In this document: positions 19,299-28,639 of the stretch, one piece after another
Layout of the letters: each line of letters begins with the position of its first letter
Position numbering within the stretch: the first letter of the stretch is position 1
NCBI GenBank assembly: GCA_027021705.1
Contig: JALUTT010000164.1
Coordinates: 19,310-83,309 of the forward strand
DNA length: 64,000 nt
Reading direction: 5' to 3'
Source: Anaerolineae bacterium
GTDB taxonomy: Bacteria > Chloroflexota > Anaerolineae > S140-20
The notes under the pieces: model-generated
Seen by the model: only the letters and a program-made list of their open reading frames with translations
What the model was told of the DNA's origin: nothing
Database searches by the model: none
Position numbers and translations under genes: made by a program

Positions 19299-22200
19299 AT
19301 GCGCGATGTTTCTAGGGCTGTCCGGCTGATGATGCTCATCGTCGTCCTCGCCGGGATGGTGTACCTCCTCTTGTGGGGGCTCTCTATCTACGCCGCCGAA
19401 GGAGCACGCCTCCCCGCCGAGACAAAGGCCCGCGAGGATGCCGTCCTCCAGGAGGCCCTCGCCCCCGGCACCTCCCCGGTGATGACCTTCGCATCCGCCA
19501 ACGTCGTCCTGACCGTCACTGTGGAGGCCACTTCTACCGTAGCCTGGGGAGAAGTGGCTTACTTCGTCAACTACTCCGTCAGCGACTCTCCCGCCCCCAG
19601 CGCCACCCTGGTCTTCACGATGCCGGTGACCTCCTACACCTACGATGGGGTGCGCTACGAGTACCAGGCCGACTGGGCCGGGTTCGCCACGGGCGATTAC
19701 ACCTATGATTATGCCTCCCGTCGGATCATCTGGACCTTGGGTACGGTGCCGGACGGCACGGCGGGGCAGGAGATGGTCATCGTACGGTTTCCCGCCGGTC
19801 CTCTTGATGGCAGCGTCTTTCGGACCACGGCGGCCTTTGGGGATGCAGGGGGAACCCACATCACGGCGGATGCCCCCCCTGTCATCATCCGCACCGAGGC
19901 CCTGGTCCAGCTGGAGAGCATCTACCCAGGGGAAGTATGCCCCGCGCGATCCATCCACTACTCACTGATCACCCGCAACACCGGCACCAGCGACCTCTTC
20001 AACCTGGTGCTCACCGACACCCTGCCGACCGGCATCACCCTGATCACGGCGACTATGCCTTTCAGTCAGGCCGGTTCGGTGATCACTTGGACGTTCCCCT
20101 ATCTACCTGTAGGCGACGATTGGCTGGTTGACGTGGTCATCACAACCGATGCAAGCCTAGCAGGAACAAGCGTTCCCAACCTGGCCCGCGTCACGTGTGA
20201 CCAGAACACTTCAGACGATGCCCAGTATGACATCCAGGTCCTACAGCCCTACCTCATCCTATCCAAACAAGGCCCTTCTTACATCCGCCCAGGGGATACC
20301 TTCACCTACTGCATCAAGCTCCAGGGCAGCTGCATTTCAGGACAGGCTGTGATGACAGACACCTTGCCGGTCGGGCTGACGGCAATCACGGCCACACCAC
20401 CCTACACGTTGGCCGGAAACCAGGTCATTTGGCCCCACGTGAGTGTGGACCGGCTCTACACCCTTACGGTTCAGGCAGATAACGGCCTCGCCTTGGGCAC
20501 AGCTGTGACCAATCTCGCTGAAGCCTTAGATCCAGGAGTCTTTACGGTCTCTATGACCCACTTCGCTTTGGTGACGCCAACAGTGCCCTTAGAAGCCGAC
20601 AAATTCAGATACTCCGTGTACGCCTCAGTTGGCTTCTTCCGTATAAAGCTTGCCAACTCGAGCACAACTCCCGTCACCGACCTAGACATCGTAGATCGAG
20701 TGCCCACGAACACTCTTTTCACCTACGCCACCTCGACACGCTGTTCCTGCTGGTGCTTCGCTCCCACCGTATCCATCAGTGTACATTACACCCCCTCTCT
20801 GGCGGCACCTCCCCTCGACGATCCTGGATGGCTGCCCTATTCAGGAGGCAGCGGGCCCTACGGCTCCGAGACCCGGTGGGTCCGCTGGCATATCCCTTCC
20901 CTGGCTTATCAGTGCACAACGTTGGAGATAGGGGTTCTGCACCTCGGTCTCCCCGAGGGCACTCTCATCTACAACACTGCCTGGTACACCAGCCCCCAGG
21001 CCTCCGGCATCCTCACGGCTACCTATACCGTCCCACCCCAACCTCCCCTCTACCTCTCCACTTGGGCCTACCCCTCCCTGGTCAGCCCTGACCAGGAGGT
21101 CGAGTTTGGGATTGAGTATTGGAACCCTACCAACATCTCGGCCACCCACACCCTCCTCACCTCCACCCTCCCCATCACCGCCAGCTTCGTCAGCGCCGAT
21201 CAGGGTGGGACCTACATCTCTAAAACCCATCAGGTCGTCTGGGACCTGGACACCCTCGGTCCTGACAAGCGGGGCATCGTGACCGTGCGCGTCTTCGTCC
21301 CCCGAGGCACCCTCGACCGCTCCCCCATCTGCCACCAGGCCCTCCTCAGCTCCGCCGAGCACCCAACGGCGGGACCCAAGGAAGCGTGCAGCACCGTGCG
21401 GGCCAGGCTGGTCTTCAAAGTCACCAAGGAGAGCGACAGCCCCATCTACCTCCCCGGCAGCACCGTCACCTACACCCTCACCTACCGCAACATCGGCGAC
21501 GGCGCCGTCGCCCACCTCAGCGTCCTGGACCGCCTCCCCAAGGAGATGACCTTCGTCACCGCCACCGCCTCCCCCGACGAGAAACTCCTCTTCAGCGACA
21601 ACCCCGCCTCCTCCGACGCCCCGCCCCCCCTCGACGACCCCTCCTGGACCCCCCATCCCCCCACCAGAACCACCTGGGTCCGCTGGAAACGCCTTGCCCC
21701 CGTCCAGATCGAAACCACCTACGCGATGACCCTCGTCCTGCGCAACCAGCCCACCTCCCCCATCGGCACCCAGATCACCAACACCGTCATCATCGTGGGG
21801 GAAAACCTCCCCTTCGCCCGCACCGCCCAGAGCATCCACCTGGTCGAGCAGATCCCTCACGTCTACCCCGTCTACCTCCCCCTCATCGTCAAGCCGGCCG
21901 CCCTGCCCGACCTCATCGTCCGCTCCCTCACCGTCCAACCCTCCTCCCTTTGGGCCGGCCAGCCCGCCTCCATCACCCTCCTCATCGAGAACATCGGCAC
22001 CGCCCCCGCCAACGGCCCCTTCTGGGTGGACCTCTACATCAACCCCGACCCCGCCCTGATGCCCCCCAAGACCAACCAGACCTGGGACCAGGCCGGCAGT
22101 CAGTTCGGCATCGCCTGGCTCATCACCCCCTCCCTCTCCCTCGCCCCAGGCGACCAGATCACCCTCACCTCTCAAGACTACGCCGACGACTGGAGCTTCT

Positions 22201-22439
22201 GGCCCGGCTACTTCACCCGGGTCGGCGACCAGGTCCTCTACGCTCAGGTGGACTCCTACAACGGCTCTTCCCCCTTCGCCGCCGTCGAGGAGTCGGACGA
22301 GAGCAACAACGCCTTCGGCCCGGTCTTGGTTCCCGTCGTCTGCCCTGTCACCTTGGGCGAGAGCTGCCTCCCCCTGGAGGACCAGGGCTTCGACCAGTCC
22401 TTCCGGCCTGCACCCCGGCCTCTCCGGCCTCGACCTTAG
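19299..22439 (+). CDS. Secreted DUF11 (B_ant)-repeat protein with an internal YPVYLPLIVK motif and a C-terminal CARDB-like domain
   Basis: Repeated PGxTxTY...N.G....LTDTLP motifs; the C-terminal ~190 aa are almost identical to those of 3413..4726. Confidence 0.85.
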   Translation: MRDVSRAVRLMMLIVVLAGMVYLLLWGLSIYAAEGARLPAETKAREDAVLQEALAPGTSPVMTFASANVVLTVTVEATSTVAWGEVAYFVNYSVSDSPAPSATLVFTMPVTSYTYDGVRYEYQADWAGFATGDYTYDYASRRIIWTLGTVPDGTAGQEMVIVRFPAGPLDGSVFRTTAAFGDAGGTHITADAPPVIIRTEALVQLESIYPGEVCPARSIHYSLITRNTGTSDLFNLVLTDTLPTGITLITATMPFSQAGSVITWTFPYLPVGDDWLVDVVITTDASLAGTSVPNLARVTCDQNTSDDAQYDIQVLQPYLILSKQGPSYIRPGDTFTYCIKLQGSCISGQAVMTDTLPVGLTAITATPPYTLAGNQVIWPHVSVDRLYTLTVQADNGLALGTAVTNLAEALDPGVFTVSMTHFALVTPTVPLEADKFRYSVYASVGFFRIKLANSSTTPVTDLDIVDRVPTNTLFTYATSTRCSCWCFAPTVSISVHYTPSLAAPPLDDPGWLPYSGGSGPYGSETRWVRWHIPSLAYQCTTLEIGVLHLGLPEGTLIYNTAWYTSPQASGILTATYTVPPQPPLYLSTWAYPSLVSPDQEVEFGIEYWNPTNISATHTLLTSTLPITASFVSADQGGTYISKTHQVVWDLDTLGPDKRGIVTVRVFVPRGTLDRSPICHQALLSSAEHPTAGPKEACSTVRARLVFKVTKESDSPIYLPGSTVTYTLTYRNIGDGAVAHLSVLDRLPKEMTFVTATASPDEKLLFSDNPASSDAPPPLDDPSWTPHPPTRTTWVRWKRLAPVQIETTYAMTLVLRNQPTSPIGTQITNTVIIVGENLPFARTAQSIHLVEQIPHVYPVYLPLIVKPAALPDLIVRSLTVQPSSLWAGQPASITLLIENIGTAPANGPFWVDLYINPDPALMPPKTNQTWDQAGSQFGIAWLITPSLSLAPGDQITLTSQDYADDWSFWPGYFTRVGDQVLYAQVDSYNGSSPFAAVEESDESNNAFGPVLVPVVCPVTLGESCLPLEDQGFDQSFRPAPRPLRPRP

Positions 22440-22875
22440 AGGCTGTCACCCTCCCGCAGGTCACGCGGTGCCCGGCGACAGCGATGGTTTATCGGAGGCT
22501 GCCTATGACGCGCTTCAGACCGTGGGGGGAACCTGCGGGAGGGTTAGCTTAGCAAACGCTCAACGCTCTTGGAGGAAAGAACGATGGAGAAGAGAGGACT
22601 TCGATGGTTCGTGCTGATGGCCTTTCTGGCCGGCCTGCTGGTGGTAGGGCTTCCCGGTCGGGGGGTGGCGGCGTTGGGGGTGGGGGTGCAGTTGACGCCC
22701 CGGCCGACGGTGCCGCCGGGCACGGTGCCTCCGCCGACGCCCTGCCCGCCGACCTCGACGCCGGCGTTGGCTCCTTCACCGACGCCGACCTCGGTGGTCA
22801 TCCTGCCCGAGGCCGGGGCTGCCCCGTCCGGTCCTGGGGTCTCGCTTCTGCTCGTCCTGGGCCTGCTGGCGGTGG
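21864..22875 (+). repeat. Copy 2 of the ~1 kb duplicated cassette
   Basis: Matches 4151-5183; it lacks 27 bp that lie between ccgacgccg microhomologies in the LPEAG gene. Confidence 0.95.
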
Positions 22876-22946
22876 GAGCCGGGCTGGCCTGCAAGGGCAA
22901 GGGATGGAAGGCAAAGGCGTGTTTGTGTTGGAGGTGTTACCAATGA
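22584..22946 (+). CDS. Second copy of the small Pro/Thr-rich LPEAG protein
   Basis: ATG 22584 follows GGAGG; its TGA overlaps the next ATG (ATGA). Confidence 0.75.
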   Translation: MEKRGLRWFVLMAFLAGLLVVGLPGRGVAALGVGVQLTPRPTVPPGTVPPPTPCPPTSTPALAPSPTPTSVVILPEAGAAPSGPGVSLLLVLGLLAVGAGLACKGKGWKAKACLCWRCYQ

Positions 22947-25648
22947 CCACCCCAAGATCCGCTCTGCTCACCCTGCTCACCCTGCTCGCTCTCCTGCTCA
23001 GCTTTGTTTCACCACCCAGACCGCCGAATGGGGCCTTGGGCGACGCCGATGCCGCCGACGCCCCCTCCCCCGGCACTCCCGGCGCCCTCGGCAACTCGGC
23101 GCTTCAAACGCCCCCCGACACCGCCACCCGCGCCCGCGTGAAAGCCCTCCTCAACCAACTCCCCCTCTACTTCGTCGAGAACCAGGGCCAGGCGGACGAA
23201 CAGGTGGACTTCTACATCAAAGGCCACGACAAAACCATCTACTTCACCCCCCAGGGCCTCACCTTCGTCCTCACCGAACACCGCCCGGCCGACGACGAGC
23301 CTCGCTCACCCTTCGCCCGTTCGCCACTCGGTCCTCGCCACCTGCCACCCGCCACCCGCTGGGTCATCAAACTGGACTTCGTGGACGCCAACCTCGACGT
23401 GCATCCCGTGGGTGAGGAGAAGGCCGACGCCGTTGTCTCCTACTTCAAGGGCTCCCCTGACCAATGGCACACCGGCATCCCCACCTACCGCCGCATCGTC
23501 TACAAGGACCTGTGGCCGGGGATTGACCTGGCCTTCACCGGCACGGTCAACGAGCTCAAGTACGAGTTCATCGTCCGTCCGGGGGCGGACCCGGGCCGGA
23601 TTCGTCTGGCCTACCGGGGTGCGGAGGTGGCTCAGGCCGCCGACGGCCAACTGGAGGTCGCCACCCCCATCGGCGGCTTCACCGACGCGCCCCCCGTCGC
23701 CTACCAGGAGATCGAAGGCCGCCGGGTGCCTGTGTCGGTGGCTTACGACCTGGCTTCTCCGGTCGCCGACCCGCAACCTGCAACCCGCCACGTACAATTC
23801 GCCGTCGGCCCCTACGACCCCACCCGCCCGTTGGTGCTCGACCCTGCCATCTTGATCTACTGCGGCTACATCGGCGGCGCGGACAATGACCATGGCTCTG
23901 ACATCGCCGTGGACGGGGCAGGGAACGCCTACGTCGTGGGCTGGACCTCCTCTTCCGAAAGCGAGGGCTTCCCGGTGGCCGGAGGGCCGGACCCGACCTA
24001 CAACGGCGACGGGGATGCCTTTGTGGCGAAGGTGCGGGCCGACGGGACGGGGCTGACCTACTGCGGCTACATCGGCGGCGCGGACTGGGACCAAGGCTCT
24101 GGTATCGCCGTAGATGAAGCAGGCAACACCTACGTTGTCGGCTGGACCACCTCTTCCGAGGATGAGGGTTTCCCCGTAACCACCGGGCCGGACCTGACTT
24201 ACAATGGCGACGGTACTTTCGGTGGAGACACCTTCGTGGCCAAAGTAGATGCCAACGGGACAAGGCTGGATTATTGTGGCTACATCGGCGGATCGGACGA
24301 TGACTGGGGCTACGGAGTTGCGGTGGACCAGGCAGGGAGTGCCTACATCGCAGGTCGGACTTGGTCCTCTGCTAGTGAAGGCTTTCCCGTGGTCGTCGGG
24401 CCGGACCTGACTTACAACGGCGATGGCATTTACGGGGGAGGGGATGCCTTTGTGGCCAAGGTACGGGCCGACGGGACAGGATTGGATTACTGCGGTTACA
24501 TCGGTGGGTCGGACGGAGACGCAGGCCGGGACATTGCTGTGGACGGTGGAGGAAATGCCTACGTTGTAGGCGACACCGGATCCTCTAAGAATGCGGGCTT
24601 CCCTGTGACCGTTGGACCGGACCTGACCTACAACGGCGACTGGGACGTTTTTGTGGCAAAAGTGCAAGCCGACGGGATGGGTCTGATTTACTGCGGCTAT
24701 ATCGGCGGATCGGACCCCGAGTGGGGTTACGGCATTGCAGTGGACAAAGCAGGGAACGCCTACGTCACAGGTGGTACCTCCTCCGCCGAAAGTGAAGGCT
24801 TTCCTGTAACCGTCGGGCCGGACCTTACCTACAACGGTGGCTACTATGGGGATGCTTTTGTGGCGAAAGTGCGAGCCGACGGAATGGGGCTGGATTACTG
24901 CGGTTACATCGGCGGACCAGGTAACGATGAAGGCAACAGCGTTGCAGTGGACATGGCAGGAAATGCCTATGTCGTGGGGAGCACCACCTCTCCCGAAAGT
25001 GAGGGCTTCCCTGTGACCGTTGGACCGGACCTGACCTACAACGGCGGCCTGGATGCCTTCATAGCCAGGGTACGGGCCGACGGGACGGGGTTGGACTACT
25101 GCGGTTACATCGGCGGACCGGGTGACGATAGAGGCGACGGCGTTGCCGTGGACAAAGCAGGAAATGCCTACGTCGTGGGGGGCACCACCTCTCCTGAAGA
25201 CGAAGGTTTCCCTGTGACCATCGGGCCAGACCTGACCTACCATGGCAAGGGTGATGCCTTCGTCGCCAAGGTGAGCACGAGCGCCAGGCCTGCGTTGATC
25301 TCCTTCAGCCTATCCACTGCCTCAGCGGTCCCTACCGGTCAGCCGCTGACAACTATCGTCCACGTACGGAACGCCAGCACAACCTCTCAGGATGCAACGC
25401 TCACCCTCTTACTCCGGCAAGGAAGCACCGTTCTGAGCACACGCACTCTCACCCTCTCTCTGGCTGCCGACACGGCCGCCAAGTGGATAACCAGCTTTGG
25501 TTCGCGTCGCCCCGGACGGTATCGAATGGAAGCCATTCTTGCAGTCAACGGAACGGTCCTGGCCTCTCAAGGTCGTGACATCCTGATCACCGCTCCCAAT
25601 GCTCCGCGTTGGGTTCTAGACCACGCGGACGACGTCGAAGCAACGTGA
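22943..25648 (+). CDS. Secreted SBBP beta-propeller protein (7 blades) with an Ig-like domain, possibly 3'-truncated
   Basis: ATG 22943 follows GGAGGTG; signal peptide; 7 YCGYIGG repeats; ends abruptly with no YLPL tail. Confidence 0.8.
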   Translation: MTTPRSALLTLLTLLALLLSFVSPPRPPNGALGDADAADAPSPGTPGALGNSALQTPPDTATRARVKALLNQLPLYFVENQGQADEQVDFYIKGHDKTIYFTPQGLTFVLTEHRPADDEPRSPFARSPLGPRHLPPATRWVIKLDFVDANLDVHPVGEEKADAVVSYFKGSPDQWHTGIPTYRRIVYKDLWPGIDLAFTGTVNELKYEFIVRPGADPGRIRLAYRGAEVAQAADGQLEVATPIGGFTDAPPVAYQEIEGRRVPVSVAYDLASPVADPQPATRHVQFAVGPYDPTRPLVLDPAILIYCGYIGGADNDHGSDIAVDGAGNAYVVGWTSSSESEGFPVAGGPDPTYNGDGDAFVAKVRADGTGLTYCGYIGGADWDQGSGIAVDEAGNTYVVGWTTSSEDEGFPVTTGPDLTYNGDGTFGGDTFVAKVDANGTRLDYCGYIGGSDDDWGYGVAVDQAGSAYIAGRTWSSASEGFPVVVGPDLTYNGDGIYGGGDAFVAKVRADGTGLDYCGYIGGSDGDAGRDIAVDGGGNAYVVGDTGSSKNAGFPVTVGPDLTYNGDWDVFVAKVQADGMGLIYCGYIGGSDPEWGYGIAVDKAGNAYVTGGTSSAESEGFPVTVGPDLTYNGGYYGDAFVAKVRADGMGLDYCGYIGGPGNDEGNSVAVDMAGNAYVVGSTTSPESEGFPVTVGPDLTYNGGLDAFIARVRADGTGLDYCGYIGGPGDDRGDGVAVDKAGNAYVVGGTTSPEDEGFPVTIGPDLTYHGKGDAFVAKVSTSARPALISFSLSTASAVPTGQPLTTIVHVRNASTTSQDATLTLLLRQGSTVLSTRTLTLSLAADTAAKWITSFGSRRPGRYRMEAILAVNGTVLASQGRDILITAPNAPRWVLDHADDVEAT

Positions 25649-25766
25649 TACTGCCTAGCGGCCTCGATAAGGTGCTTTTCAGAACCCTGCTTGCTCCTCT
25701 ACCGCTTCAAGCAACCTGGTTGAAGAGGGCCACCGCACGACAAAATATGCTCACGGGAGGTGATTG

Positions 25767-27998
25767 ATGAAGCGTTATTCCCTTGCTACCCTGCTCATCA
25801 TCGCAGGGCTACTGTTGGGCAGCATCTCAACGACCGGGATGGGTGCCCCAGAGGCCATCTCAGACCCTACCCAACTCACCTCCCCCGATTCCCCAGGGAG
25901 CATCCCCAGAACCGCCGGGTCGGGGCCCCCGAGGAAAGCTGGGGCAACTCAGTATGGAGAGAATGTGGAACTGATGGGCCATATCGGTGGCTACATCAAC
26001 ACCGTGGCTGTACAGGGACACTATGCCTACATCGGTGAGGGACCGCAGCTAACCATCCTAGACATCTCCAACCCCGCTTCCCCAACCGTGGTGGGCAAAA
26101 CGGCGCTGCTGCCCGCCAACGTACAAGACATCGCCGTCGCCGGCGATTATGCCTATGTGACCGCCGGGGCAGATGGAGGGCTACGGGTGGTGGACATAAG
26201 CAATCCCGCCAACCCCACAGAGGTGGGGCATTACGACACGCCAGGAAGCGCGGTAGGCGTAGCCGTGGCCGGCCACTACGCTTACGTAGCCGACGGGAAC
26301 GACGGAGGGTTGCGAATCGTGGATGTGAGCGATCCCACCAACCCCGTCGAAGTCGGCTCCTACGATACGCCGGGGAGTGCCAGAGGCGTGGCTACGGCTG
26401 GCAACTACGCCTATATGGCCGACGGAAGCAGCGGGTTGCGGGTGTTGGATGTGGGCGACCCCACCGCCCCTACCGAGGTCGGCTCCTACGATACACCAGG
26501 AGATGCTCGAAGTGTGGCTATGGTCGGTAACTATGCCTATATAGCCGACGGGGACAGTGGGGGGCTGCGGATCGTGGATGTGAGCAACCCCACCAGCCCC
26601 ACGGAGGTCGGCTTCTGCTACACGATGGGGTATGCTTTCAGCGTGGCTGTGGCCGGTGACTACGCCTATATGGCCAATTATCGGGCCGGACTGCAAGTGG
26701 TAGATGTGAGTGATCCGGCCAATCCTACCGGGGTTGGCTCCTATGACACGCCGGGAAACGTCTGGGATGTGGCTGCCGGTGGCGGTTATGCCTATGTAGC
26801 CGACGCCTATTATGGGTTGTGGGTGATGGATGTAAGCAATCCCACTGCCCCGGCTGAAGCGGGCTTCTACGACACGCCGGGGAACGCCGTGAGCGTGGCC
26901 GTGGCCGGCAGTTATGCCTATGTAACCGCCGGAAGAGGTGGAGGGCTGCGGGTGGTGGACGTGAGTGATCCCGGCGCTCCTGCCGAGATCGGCTTCTACG
27001 ATACACCCGGGTATGCCATAGGCGTGGCTGTAGCCGGCAACTATGTCTATGTAGCCGCCGGATCTGACGGACTGCGGGTGGTGGATGTGAGCAATCCTAC
27101 CGCACCCACCGAGGTTGGGTTCTACTACGTGCTGGGGCAGCGGGCCTATGGCGTGGCTGTAGCCGGCAACTATGCCTATGTAGCCGCCGGATCTGCTGGA
27201 CTGCGGGTGGTGAACGTGAGCAACCCTACCGCTCCCATCGCTGTTGGCTACTACAGTGCACCAGGCTGGATCCCTGACGCCGCTGTGGTCGGGAGTTACA
27301 CCTATGTAGCCGCCGGAAAGGATGGCGGGCTGCGGATCGCAGACGTGAGTGATCCTACCAATCCCACGGAGGTAGGGCATTACGACACGCCAGGAAGCGC
27401 AGTAGGCGTCGCCGTGGCCGGCTACTACGCCTATGTGGCCGATGGAGACAGTGGCCTGCGGGTGGTAGAGGTGAGTGACCCCACCAACCCCACTGAGGTC
27501 GGTTTCTACGACACGCCGGGGGGTGCCAAAGGCGTGGCCGTGGCCGGGAACTACGCCTACGTCGCCGCTGGGGATGGAGGCCTGCGTGTGGTAGACGTGA
27601 GTGATCCCACCAACCCTATCGAGATAGGCTACTACGATACACTGGGGGAGGCCGAAGACGTGGCAGTAGCCGGGAACTACATCTACGTGGCTGATGGAGA
27701 TAGCGGGCTGGTCATCCTGCGGTATACAGGCGGCGGCCCAACGTCTACCCCAACGCCCGCACTGACGCCAAGCCCCACTTCTCCCCCTGGTTCCACAGCC
27801 ACTCCGACACCTATGGCGCAGGAACCCCGCCGGCGAGCTGATGGGCACCACCGCCGACACCGATACCCTCTATTGGTCCCTTGGAAATGGCTCTTCTTGG
27901 AGTGCGCCTCAGGTGCTTCAGACCGGTGTCAACGGTATCATTGGCCTCACCGCCGCCCGCCACGACGGCAGCCGGATGGTCGTCGCCCACAACCGTGA
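25767..27998 (+). CDS. Secreted LVIVD-repeat protein whose C-terminus is corrupted after the PT linker
   Basis: About 14 YDTPG.A..VAVAG.YAYVA repeats; after ~27812 the frame turns into Arg/His-rich junk. Confidence 0.75.
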   Translation: MKRYSLATLLIIAGLLLGSISTTGMGAPEAISDPTQLTSPDSPGSIPRTAGSGPPRKAGATQYGENVELMGHIGGYINTVAVQGHYAYIGEGPQLTILDISNPASPTVVGKTALLPANVQDIAVAGDYAYVTAGADGGLRVVDISNPANPTEVGHYDTPGSAVGVAVAGHYAYVADGNDGGLRIVDVSDPTNPVEVGSYDTPGSARGVATAGNYAYMADGSSGLRVLDVGDPTAPTEVGSYDTPGDARSVAMVGNYAYIADGDSGGLRIVDVSNPTSPTEVGFCYTMGYAFSVAVAGDYAYMANYRAGLQVVDVSDPANPTGVGSYDTPGNVWDVAAGGGYAYVADAYYGLWVMDVSNPTAPAEAGFYDTPGNAVSVAVAGSYAYVTAGRGGGLRVVDVSDPGAPAEIGFYDTPGYAIGVAVAGNYVYVAAGSDGLRVVDVSNPTAPTEVGFYYVLGQRAYGVAVAGNYAYVAAGSAGLRVVNVSNPTAPIAVGYYSAPGWIPDAAVVGSYTYVAAGKDGGLRIADVSDPTNPTEVGHYDTPGSAVGVAVAGYYAYVADGDSGLRVVEVSDPTNPTEVGFYDTPGGAKGVAVAGNYAYVAAGDGGLRVVDVSDPTNPIEIGYYDTLGEAEDVAVAGNYIYVADGDSGLVILRYTGGGPTSTPTPALTPSPTSPPGSTATPTPMAQEPRRRADGHHRRHRYPLLVPWKWLFLECASGASDRCQRYHWPHRRPPRRQPDGRRPQP

Positions 27999-28547
27999 GG
28001 CTAGTCGAAGGCTCCGCCGCCATCCTCGACCACACTGCCGCCCAGGACCCTTAGGGCAACCTCGTCCTCCTGTGGCAGGGTTCTCTCCCGAAGGGGTGGA
28101 TGTCTTCTATGCCACCTATGATGAGACTTTCAACGCCTTCAGCCTGGTCGCCCAACTGACCCACGATCAGCTACTTTTCCCGCGGCCCTCCGGCTGAACA
28201 ACCCAGAGACGGGGCCGGTGGTAGCTCAGGTCACCTTGGGAAGTCTGGAGACCGGTGCCAAGGAGCAGGCCCAGGCGGTGTGGGATGCTTCGACGACCGC
28301 TGTCGGCTGGCATCAGGCCTACGCCATCGTGGACCCAACGGACGGGATCACGGAGGCCGATGAGGAGAACAACCTCGGTTGGGCAGGGGTGGGACTTCTG
28401 CCCGACCTGGTGCTGCGGCCCACGGCAGTGATCACCGGCATCAACGCCGATGGGACCCAGGCGGCGAGCCTGTGGGTCTTCGGCGCGCAGGTCTGCGCCC
28501 GAACTGCTCATTTTCGACCGTTGGCCAATCTCAAACGGGCACGCTAG
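27812..28547 (+). pseudogene. Decayed fragments of another surface protein (beta-rich repeats + CARDB)
   Basis: Plausible peptides in shifting frames: WRRNPAGELMGTT..LYWS..SWSAPQ; QDP*GNLVLLWQG; GVDVFYATYD; AIVDPTDGITEADEENN..LPDLVL. Confidence 0.65.
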
Positions 28548-28639
28548 ACAATGCATTATTCGCGAGGCCCTGCACCACTGTCCGGCTCAACTAACTATCA
28601 CGCTTCAACCAGCTGCATAGTTCGTGAGGAGGAAAAAGG

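Noticed and set aside
4151..22875. Diversity-generating retroelement (TR/VR pair) as the explanation for the duplicated cassette
   Set aside because: There is no reverse transcriptase in the window, and the differences are few and not confined to adenines.
25646..25725. Selenocysteine read-through of the TGA ending the second SBBP gene
   Set aside because: The downstream frame is short and not protein-like, with no redox motif or clear SECIS.
20841..27860. Long antisense or alternate-frame ORFs (e.g. 20841-22175, 23306-25243, 26181-27860, 21386-22552)
   Set aside because: These are shadows of GC-rich repetitive coding sequence with no recognisable motifs.
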